Of a stretch of 64,000 nt of DNA, positions 53,419 to 64,000 are shown one piece after another. Each line of letters begins with the position of its first letter. Within the stretch, counting starts at the first letter, position 1. Both the position numbers and the translations under genes were made by a program. The stretch lies in assembly GCA_000934665.2 (NCBI GenBank), contig KZ538053.1, positions 1 through 64,000 of the forward strand, given 5' to 3'. The DNA comes from Catajapyx aquilonaris (lineage: Eukaryota). A model generated the notes under the pieces. It did no database searches and was not told the DNA's origin. It saw only the letters and a program-made list of their open reading frames with translations.

Positions 53419-53754
53419 ATTCAGATCTATTTTGAGGTCATAGCACTGATCTATAATATATAGGCCTACTGGAATGCGGATTGCTGTGATCGATCCTACA
53501 ATCTTGCTTCTTCCAAGCACCAAGCTCCATTTTGGGACACGGGATGGATTAAGAGCTATTTTACAAAGGGATGTTCTAACAGTGTAAGTAGCAGTTCTTT
53601 TTATTACGCGATTTATGTCCCTTCATTGCTGTGAAAACTGGTAGTCTACAAACCGCAACCACATTTTGTTCTTTTTTTACTTATTTCTGCAATTTACAGA
53701 TTTGTGAGGACCGTTCCAAAATGATTTACAATTTATTTTTTTGCCGAATATAAG

Positions 53755-54918
53755 GGACCATGCAGGTTGGCAAATAGGGACACACTATAGACAGAACCCT
53801 CCAGGAGCTGAATGCATAGAAGTAATGGGTGTGGCAACCTCTCCAGGCCCCCCAGGAACCACTTTTTGGAGGTTCGACGCACCGACTACCGGACAACTGC
53901 TCAGACAGCAACTATCAACAATGTCCTTAAAATGGCGTCGGCGAATGAATTTTTCCATGGATCTTGCTTTGAGTGCTTCCACACCCACCGTACTCCCCTG
54001 GCCTGGCCTCCAGTGACTTTGTTTGTTTGTTTGTTTGTTTGTTTGTTTGTTTGTTTGTTTGTAATACCCCGTCATAGGGCCAGGGGCCCTCTTAGGGGGA
54101 GGGGGTTCCCAAAGAAGGGCGTTCTTAAGTAGTCATTTCTGACCCTCTTAAATATACCAAAGCTTTTCTCATGGCCATGGGCAGAGAAGGGAGTGCAATT
54201 CTGCCCGGGCACGTCGCGTCGGGTGAAAAGCGGAAAAAGACCCGACCAAGCGAAGGTGAGCGAAGGTGACTGCCTGACGCGGATGGGATGTAACAGGGTG
54301 TGAAAGATGTGAGGATAATTTTTTTTGTGTGACGTAATCCTGCATTCTATTCGAGGGACAATTTGACTGACAAAGGTAATAAATATATGGGAGAGGGGCT
54401 CCAGAGGAGGACTCCCAGGGTGGTGGACTAGGGGAGCGGTGGTGCTCGCCCTTTTCGGATTCGGGGCAGTGTGTTGTATACCCCTTCCGGACAGTGTGTA
54501 AATTTTGAAGGAAGCTGTACTCAAAAAGGAAATATATATATACATGAGAGCACACCCTGGAGTTTATTGAGAAGATCCAAATCCACTACGTTTGACCCTC
54601 CAGTTGAAGGACACAAGGTTACATGGGATTTGAACCCCGGACCTCCCACTTGGCTGACCAGTAGAATAGCCACTAGACCACCATGTCCCCCGCCTTCAGT
54701 GACTTTCATCTGTTCGAATATATTTAAAAAGTCCCTTCGCCGATGCCATTTCGAGGACATTGTTGACTGTGAAGATTTGTTCGGGAGTCGGTGCGCCGCA
54801 CCACCAAAAAGTGGTTCCTGGAGGACCTGGAAAGGTTGACCAGTGCCAGCGCCAGTGTATTCGGCTCCAGGAGGATTATATCTATAATGTGTGCCTATTT
54901 CTCGACCTTCATGGACGT
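53755..54918. mobile_element. Diverged long-TIR DNA element interrupted by a SINE
   Basis: Inverted arms at about 53755-53960 and 54725-54918, for example CCAGGAACCACTTTTTGG versus CCAAAAAGTGGTTCCTGG and TCAACAATGTCCT versus AGGACATTGTTGA. Confidence 0.7.
54021..54691 (-). mobile_element. Full-length 671-bp tRNA-headed SINE with (AAAC)n tail and 15-bp TSD
   Basis: A box TGGTCTAGTGG, B box GGTTCAAATCC, (AAAC)n tail at 54021-54062, TSD GCCTCCAGTGACTTT (54006-54020) and GCCTTCAGTGACTTT (54692-54706). Confidence 0.9.
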
Positions 54919-55794
54919 TGTGTCTGTGGCAAAAAAAATGTAAATCATTTTGGTACTGCCCTTGTATAAACGCAATAGAAACGAAAACAAAATTAGGGTA
55001 ATCAAATTATATGCGCAATATCGATCCTAGTAATGCACAATAGATACCATTTCGTATCCCAATATGACCGCCAAGAGCAAAGGAAGATACCACTTATGAG
55101 CAATACAGAATATATTGGAGCCGATTAGTGGGTCACAATCATGATTTGATATTGGGGAACCTAACTTATGTCGTGTCTGATCATCCTCACATATTTCCCC
55201 CAAGATTATAAAAATGAAACATGCAAGGTACCGTACATCTGAATATCTTTCTGAAATATTCTTCAAAGAACAACGAAATTCTATATTTTTTCATAACTTT
55301 CTTAAAAGTTGCAGAGTATATTTTAATACTGTACCATAGCATAAGTTAGTATCGGGATTAATCCTCCCCAACATGATTTGAAGACCTGAAATGCACAACG
55401 ATCGGAGACATGTTCGATTGATTTCGAGATTTGAAAGTTTGAAGTTTGCATTGTGGTGGGGGTGTGTGGTAATTTATTTTCAAACACTATGTAGGTATTA
55501 TAATTGGTTCAACCAGAGAATAGCACTGACGTCACAAGCTTTTAATACCGGTATATGGTTAGTTACATTGCTCACATTGCTGCCTATTGTGACAACTGCT
55601 CTCTCAGAAATGACTTGACCACCAGAAATTAATCATGGAATACATTACACAACCAAACTCAAATTCGACCAAAATGTGACTCTCATCGTCATGCATTGCA
55701 GGTGTTCATTAAAATTTCAAGGGAGTCAAATATGACAATATTGCGAATGATTTGATATTCGTCTCACCACTTGATGGACTTTTCTGACCACTAG

Positions 55795-55826
55795 CGGTCC
55801 GTGGCCCATAGGTTGAGAATGCCTGC
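55795..55826. mobile_element. hAT/Charlie terminal fragment
   Basis: GCGGTCCGTGGCCCATAGGTTGAGAATGCCTG resembles a Charlie-type right end; no partner end found. Confidence 0.35.
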
Positions 55827-58432
55827 ATTAGGGGACTCCTCCACGCTGACAATTTTAGTTCCATGCAGCAGTTTTTCAGTTCCACAAAATGTGGAATGCT
55901 CTCCACACAATTTGGGCCCTGCTATCCAAACACCTCGTCACTCCAAAAATGTCCGCAGTCGAAACGTCCACTATTCATCTAGACTCACCCCGCATCGGAA
56001 GTTCGTACAGTATAATGGATGTTCAGAATACTCTAGTAGAGTGTAGTGGAGTACCAAAACCTGCTTCTCCTTCAACACTCCTAAGGAACGTGTTGGGGGT
56101 GGAGAAAGGGTTGCAGATAATATTAGCTCATCTCTGCATATTTCGTATTTTAAATTCCAAACATGCCGAAGATGCTATTTGTATTTGTAGACCTAGTCCT
56201 TGCAGATAGTCTACACTTTTCGTGTATTTTCTTTAATTTTTATGTTATGCCCCCACTCTTTACGTGCTGACGATTACAAGGGCAAATTATTAAATTAAAA
56301 TTAAATATTATTAACACTAATCGTGACTTTAGACTTTGCCGCGAATCGGTTTGATAGCTTGTATTGCACTTGCACTAATTTTTATTGTAAAAATTAGCAT
56401 CCGCTGTGTTGCTGAGAGAATGACGAAGAGGATGCAGTAGCCTAGTAGATTCTGTGAATCTTGAAACATGGTTAATAATTAATTAACGTTTTGAATTATT
56501 TAGTCATGGGCCCGGCCTTGGCTCTGTTGGGTAAGGGGTATGTAGTATTACACGTCACTGTTCACACGCACTTTGATGAAAGTTTAACACAATTGCGTAC
56601 AAAATAAACGGAGACTGTGATGACATCGCACACCTTGTTATCCAGCTGAAATTTCAACCAGAACCTTCTTTGTGCCTTAGACTGAGAATAATATCTCCCA
56701 AGAAGAGCAGTCCATACTGGCATATTGCAATAATGACCATCAGACTAATACAACTACAAGTGACTTGGACTTTAACCTTTTGGACAAGCCCATAGAAAAT
56801 AGATCCACAGGGGTCCGTACGTCCACCACTGGTTGAAGGCCGCTGGCCTAGAGCTACTCATCTGCCGATATGGTGCCCAGATATAATATGTCCTTTGCAA
56901 CTGACCACTTAATCTCATTTGTCTGTTTCAGCCTCCAGTGACAGTGTTTCCATTTTATATTTTGAGCGACATCGGTTCTAGGTTGACAGTTTCATTTCGC
57001 TCTGGAATTTCATTATACACAACCTATTTTAATGTTTTTTTTTTCAACGTACAGATTCTAATAATGAACTGATGTCACGCTTAATAAACCGACGCAGTTT
57101 TGACCCGCTTAGGCGCCATTGGAATTTGCCCTAGGCTCGAAATCGGCGCCACATAACTCATGACAGGCACTCCGCTTCTGGGAAGGATTTTGGGAGGATC
57201 ACCATGAAAATGTGCGCAACACAACAGCTGCACTATAGTACGTGGACACGAGCGTAATGATCGATAGAGCTGCCGAAAATTATTGTCAGTGTGAAATGCT
57301 CGCCAACCTCCACGCGATTCATTACGCAGTGAAGCTGTCAGCAAACCAAAATATGAATATGTGTGTATTTAATTACCGGGTTAAAGGAATGGAAAATCGC
57401 AGCTGAATCCACACAAAATCATGCCCGCATCTATTGCGGTTTGTATCAATGCGATGGTAATGTTATCCGGTTTGACAGGGGAGCGTATCAGGGCTCAAAC
57501 AGACAGATTAGCACATTAGCTACTGGGTTTGGAGGCCACGTGGCTATACCAAGTATTAGCTGTGATTTGATGTCAATCTCTAACATAATAAGCACTATAG
57601 GGAGTCAATGATATCCAAATGTTGTATGAATCTTACAGTACATGTAACACTTGTATCCTTCATCAGTTGTTCCGGTTTGTACTAATGATCACCATCGCAG
57701 TTGGTCATTTTTCGTACCGATACTGTTCCATAGATACCTCCACATAGTTTTTAACCTGCACTTGATAGGAAAGTGGGTGGTATGCATTTGGCTTCAAGTG
57801 AGCGCACGTGCATTAATGAATACTTGATGCGATTACAGCGGCCACACCCACTGCAAACTGCATGCTTTATGCCGTTCTGGACCCAGGAAATCGGCGCTTT
57901 TCGCACCCGACACTGCGGCTTTGGATGGGAAGCCTGTCACGCTCGTACATGGACTCAAATATTGTTGACCGTATGTGTACAAAAAAAAAAAAAAAAAGCC
58001 CTGATGAGCCGTTTGCACCAGTACACAAGTTGGGACGCGTCAGTTTTCGGCTAACGGTTCAGTGCTCATGATTATGGCAGAAAGATTTACAAGTGACGCT
58101 AGTTTGCTGAAAAAAGGTGCGGTGTTATATGGTACGTGTGGGATTACAAAGTGAAAAAAAGCGCATAATCCACCAGGGACATGTACTAAGACTTGAAAGG
58201 GCTACCAAAACGAGAGCTGAATAACTAAGCAACTCAAGTGTTAAAACGTATTATTGAACATGTGTGTATAATATCAGTGGGAATGGTCCTCTGACAATGC
58301 CAAAGGGAAAAGTACGCGTATTTAAACATGGAAGATGAGGCTTACACGTATGCAGACTCCCATATGCAAATGTCCTGTAACATAATGACTCTAAAGAAAG
58401 TTATTATATTCAAAAATGAAATAGTCTACATA

Positions 58433-59092
58433 CAGGGTGGGGCACAAGTCATGGGCAGATTAAAACGACGCAGCATGACGTAAGTAACGAACGATTATAT
58501 TTATATAAAAAATTGCACTACACAGAGAAAGATATGCCATTTATGGATCAAGGTCCAAAAAAGTCACTTCTTGAAAACAACACCGGATATATGTCCACCT
58601 TTGCGGGCAACACATTATTCTTCCAAGCGCTGGACGAAACCCTTAATAACGCGCTCCAGCATGTCAAGGGAAATGTTTCTCACGCCATGTCTTATCTTAT
58701 CCTTAAGATCAGCCAATGACTGATGACGTGTGGCGAACACCGAACAAATTAAAAGTCAAGTGTTTCCTGGGAGGGTCATTTCGAGATTTGGGGACATTCC
58801 TTGGCCGTCGCTGTCGCCGGATTTGACCACCCCGACTTCCGCGCCGTGAGAAACATTTCCCTAGACATGCTGGAGCGCGTTATGAAGGGTTTCATCCTGC
58901 GTTTGGAGGAATATGTGCTGCCCACAAAGGTGGACATCTATCAGGTGTTTTTTTCAAGAAGTGACTTTTTTGGACCTTGATCCATAAATGGCATATCTTT
59001 TTCTGTGTAGTGTAATTTTTTTAAATATAATCGTTCGTTACTTACGCCATACTGCGTCATTTTAATCCGCCCATGACTTTTGCCCCACCCTG
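58433..59092. mobile_element. Foldback Tc1/mariner derivative made of two inverted transposase 3' ends
   Basis: TA|CAGGGTGGGGCA ... TGCCCCACCCTG|TA; arms about 255 bp, each carrying a frameshifted C-terminal transposase remnant (VRNISLDMLERV.KGF..RLEE/C.A.KGGH.SGV.FKK*). Confidence 0.9.
58763..58964 (+). pseudogene. Tc1/mariner (maT- or rosa-like) transposase remnant
   Basis: Manual translation FPGRVISRFGDIPWPSLSPDLT/PDF matches the WPPRSPDL motif around the third catalytic Asp; frameshifts and an internal deletion are present. Confidence 0.85.
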
Positions 59093-62000
59093 TATATATA
59101 TAGTTTACCGACTTCTCAACTCGAATCCATAGATCCGTATAAATAGGCCTATTTGGAAGCAGTGAAGCTATAAGGTTCAGGCAAATTTTTAGACATTCCT
59201 CCTCCAGTTGAGCGATAAAGCCATCAACAAGGATCTGGGTGCTAAACTGAATGTCCGGTGGGGTGATTTGATCGCAGGGTCGCAGGAAATATAAAGTTTA
59301 TATGCATTTACAGCGTTAACGGGTGCTCCATCGGGTCGCCTTGTGAACATGAGTTTCTGCCTGAATTTAGGAATAAACTGTGTAATTCTCGATAAAACCC
59401 CGCATAATAGCAATTTGAATTATGGCAGAATATATCAATTTGACTTACACTTTTGCAAGGTATGATTAGCTATTGTTTGTATACTATACATAGTGTTGTT
59501 GGCATAGCCTATTTGTGCGACGATAGGCGTCACAAGATTACTGTCCTGTAATGTTCGCAAGTCCTATACTACTGTACACAGTGGAATATATCATGATGCC
59601 GCTCGGCTGGAAATATTCCTTGGATGATTCCCATTCTGACAGAACTTTCCGTTCCCAAGGCAACTAGAGCTGTGTGTGATCATCCGAGTATAGTTAAGTA
59701 GATGTTCATATAATACAATTACCCGCATGAAAACTAGAATCGTGCTGGGCCATGGCTACACACTAAGCCTAAGACCTCATAAAAAGTGGCAGTACTTGGA
59801 AATACCGCAAGAGAAATTAGGTTAGCCGCAATGCTGATCTACATCCGCAGTGTGATTCAATACCATCCCAGCAATTTCCTCAAATATTCAAACAGGCTCT
59901 AAAGCTTCCTGAAAATATCAGAAAACTGTCCCTGATGCACCCATTTATGGGAATATCGGAAACTGATAGAAAACAAGGTAGTTTGCAAATAAATCTCCTG
60001 ATGGGCTAATCCCAATTGTGTTTCCGGTCCAAAGAGTTGTCCCTACCATAAAAGTCCACAAAGCTCCTCCCGCGTCATTTTGCTGCAGACTCTTGAAAGC
60101 CTAAAAGCCCGCGCTTTGCTAAGGATGCTAATTCTAACATGTCGTCGTGGGAATTGCAGTGTCACCACCAAAAGTGGAATCGAGGGAAGGCAACTTACTC
60201 TGGACCACTTTATCGTCCTATTCTTCCTCTTCCCAGTTCCCACTTTGCCCATTACCCCTTTTCAAGTCCACTTTGGAACTACCCCTACCTTCCATTTGGA
60301 GAGTGAGGAGCCATGAGAGGGCTGATAAAATCAAATATCCTAACCAGATAGGCAGTCCGAGGGCAAATCGAGCCTTCAACGCCATAGTGAGTGTGTAGGA
60401 TGAGACAGAAAATGGAGTTTGAAAAAGCAGGGATGGCATTCAAAAATGGTTGGATCATCAAGCTTCAGTTGCACAATATGTCCACAGCCGAGTTGATCAA
60501 GCCCTCTTTCTGTCACCCGTCCGATATAATTGGTCACTGCGACAACGTCCTACATAATTAGGGTTATACGGTACATGTATTTAAAACAAACACACCACTC
60601 AGGCCTTCAGTAGCAGGGTATGGATCAAAGAGTGCATACGCTTAATTTTTCTTGGTGAATGGTGTAGCCTGTTATTTGCGCCTATTCATGTATTCACCTT
60701 GCATTTATGGTTGTGTAACTCGCCGGGAATGGATCTCCGGCAGGATGTGGTAAAACAGAGGGAGATTCATCAGAAGTAAATTTTCGCTATCTAATATGGA
60801 CATCCTGCATTTTGTCACTAAGACATATACAATAATGTCTCTCTGTGCTCGCGTGGGTTTTATTCCAGCGCTCCTCAAAAGCTCCTCAAAAGCTCCTCCG
60901 TATAGTGAACCTGGCTGCTGTATCTTCCCCTGCATCATAGCCTTAGTTGTCTCGGATCCTCTCAATCAACTAATCAAACAAAACACTTTTGCAATATGCA
61001 GCAGTAGCAATGGCTTTTGCTGTCATCCTCATTCCAGGCTATAGTCAATATAACCTTTCTACACCGGATCATAATAGATAATTAAGTCATTATGAAGCTG
61101 CGCGAACTTACTGAGTGGCTTGCAATAATAACCAATTGCGTCATGGGTTATTTTGTCAGTCGTGTTTAGCTGCATACACTTACAGGCCACATTTGTGTAG
61201 TCAATTTATCGGTACCAGTACAGTATTTTTCGAGGCTATATTCCCTGCATTATTACTTACATAATATATACATTTATTTCATAAGACATAATACGTATGA
61301 TATTCGTAATCAAAGTCTACTGCATTTGGTGGAACAAAATCAGGCATATATGTTGCATCATTATGACACAAAGTCGAGCACCAGTTAGGAAGTTACATGA
61401 GCTGCCATAAAATATTTGCATTTTGTAGGCTATAAAACTCTAAATAGAATTTGTGCAGGTCCGAAAGCTTATTAAGTAGGGGTATATGACTCGTATACAA
61501 AATTTGCACTTTAATAGCTATTTTACACAATCGATACCACTCCCTCCTGCCAAACTGTAGCAGTAGCAACGCTCAAAAAATGACTTTTGATTCAGCCTGT
61601 ATCAAGATTAAACAGAGCGTGTAAAAATCCACACTCTCCATTAGATTACGATTACTACAACATTGTGCCATAATAATACCAAAAGCTCTTCGAAATTGCC
61701 TCCCATTGTCACACCAATGTTGTATTTTGCAATCTAGTCCAGATATTCCATTTTAGTCCCATTTTTCAGTGTAAAGGTTGTTACGACATTATCAACCTAC
61801 AGTATGTTCCAACTCTATGACCTTTATGTGACATTTTGAAATGTGATTTTTTTTTTCTGGAGATGTAACCTTTCCATGCCAGGGGTGAAGACAGGTGATT
61901 AAGTACATGGAGGATGAAGAGACAATCAATACATTGGGGAAAGGATAGGAAGCGGAGGTGAGATGGAGGCTGTGGGGAGGTTAATGGGATCCTGTTGAGC

Positions 62001-64000
62001 AAACGCTTGACGAGATAGAGTCAGAGGGCCAATCTGCTTGTTGTCGATGCCAACCTCGATTTTCTTTTGGAAGCACAGGGGGACGTGGTGCTGGTGGGAG
62101 ATGGGAGGTGAGGGTGGCATTAAAACACGAGACATGTCCCCAAGCCCTTCCTGCAACCTCGCGCGACTAAATGAGGCCTACTGCTTCTCCTGGACAAACT
62201 CATTAGTCAGAGGCGTTCAAGGTGGCTTATCGATGAATGCCAAGAGGTGTTCCCCCCCCCCCCCCCAAAGCAGATGGGGATTGGTGCTGCTTCTGCTGGG
62301 GGTGTTCTTCCGCTCGGCACGCCCGGACAACAGCACTCTGATAAGGGGGTCGTCCTGTCCTTTTCTTAGGCAGAAGATCGATGCTTTCCTGCTTTGAACA
62401 TATTTGCATGTGCACTACAAGAAAGTGATGAGCTTTCATGCCGCTCCAGACGCCTTTCTACCATGAAGCAGAAAATATTTTTTAATTCGACTACCGGTAC
62501 TTATAAAAAGCAATCATAACTCTTGCTAGATGGTTGTAAACTCGGTACAGTATATTCATGTAACAATAAATTGTGGCATTTTAAAAATACATCCCTCAAT
62601 CCCTGGGGTGGTCTTCCCGCCAAAATGTTTATAACTTTTCTAGAAATCAACCATTTCCCTGGCACAGGCCGTTGATGTAGTAGTTATAATATGCCAATAT
62701 ATTGATAAAAGTGGTGCCAACAGAGAATTCGATCCTGGAGCCTGTTGGCCATTTTCCAGTAGGTGACTGTCGTCAGGATTTCGGCGTCACGCTTCGCAGG
62801 CAGTTCCGGATGCCCCAGGCGCTTCAGCGAGAAAAGAACTTGGCATGAGAATATATAAGAACTACCCTACGAGTTTCCCAAGTGCTGCTGGCATGTCTCT
62901 CTCCAAAACCTCCCCTTTGCCAAGAGCTGAAGCGCCAGGACGTTCACTCGAAAGAGTATTATACTCTCACAGCTATCGTGTATTCGCACATCAGGTAAAG
63001 GTAAAGGGAGCTTTACCCAATGATTCATATACTGATGTAAATTACTCAACTGAATGTTGCAATTGTGAATGGGGATGAATATTGTACAGAAACCTGCACT
63101 CAGTTAGTACTAGATACCAGTATTGTACAGTAGTAGTGTCAATGCTTCCGCCCAACATCCTGAGGTAGCAGGGAAGCCTTTGATAACATAGAGAACAGAT
63201 CTGAAGCCTGAGCGAATCTGAGCCTAACGTAAATGGTAGGGGGCAGGTCATGAGTCGTGGGCTGGGCCATTCAATTAGAAGCTCGACTAGCAGTGTAACT
63301 GGCGGCCTAGACTAATGCGCTCGGATGTGGTGTATCTTAAAGCGTTTGACATCAAAGTTAGAAACCAGAGGTGTGCATAATAAAATATCAATAAGTTATT
63401 GTAACCCACACAGGTATTTTGAAACCTCTAATCTCTCAGGCACGGAGTAGGCTACATCATTACGTATTAACCTGTAATGAAATAAGAATAAGCATTATTT
63501 GTTCCTAGTAATACTGACGCACCATAGAATAATTCCAACTTAGGGAAATGCATGTGCTAATTAAATTATAATCAACAACCCAGAACAAAGGTTGTATAAA
63601 TGTCTACTTTCTTGCTCCCAAAGCCTGTCATGTCGTCTCTGAAATGTTTATGCTCTTTATGTACTGTCCTAGGTGCTCAAATGTATTTAAAATTAATATT
63701 TCGGATTACTTATAAGTGCCGTAAACACCCCCTTCAATGAATAGATCCATATGATGAAACAGTGAGGAATAATTGCATTAGGATATGCAATTTATATTAA
63801 TTTAAAATTGTGTGCATTTTGAATGACGAAGGAAAAAATGAAAATGAAACCAGTTCTTTTCAGTATAGGGTACATAACTTAATACACGAGGAAAAACGTT
63901 TATGGACGGAATATAATAGCTCGCGTTCTGTAACCCGAATCTAATAGCCTATTATACACAAAAATGTACAATTTTAAAACACCCATATCTAATTTCACTA

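Noticed and set aside
54072..54555. 157-aa and 128-aa ORFs
   Set aside because: They lie inside the SINE body and show no RT or endonuclease motifs.
58720..58746. Hammerhead-like CTGATGA-stem-CGAA
   Set aside because: The core is imperfect (no GAAA, unpaired closing bases) and the sequence is antisense transposase remnant. CTGATGA at 58001 also lacks the GAAA core.
1..64000. CRISPR array, operon or prokaryotic defence system
   Set aside because: No regularly spaced direct repeats and no gene-dense coding DNA; the sequence has eukaryotic repeat content.

Overview
This is animal, probably arthropod (inferred from the SINE and MITE types), AT-rich non-coding DNA from a large intron or intergenic region. 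I cannot recognise any complete protein-coding gene, rRNA, tRNA gene or CRISPR array, and almost all listed ORFs look like chance or low-complexity frames. The readable structure is a dense layer of small non-autonomous mobile elements. These include TA-flanked Tc1/mariner MITEs, one of them a foldback made of two 3' ends of a transposase gene with a WPxxSPDL motif remnant, and hAT/Charlie-type MITEs. There is also a set of four hairpin MITEs bounded by GTAC, a 591-bp foldback element with a perfect 8-bp target-site duplication (TSD; P/Galileo-like), a probable Transib-derived element with CACTATG ends, a complete non-autonomous Helitron carrying CCAAT/GC boxes, and several tRNA-derived SINEs, three of which share a 3' tail. 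The window also has microsatellites, poly-G/C tracts, a 64-N gap and a few isolated minus-strand exon-like segments. I found no evidence for a new multi-gene system. All calls were made by eye without database searches, and boundaries of degenerate elements are approximate.
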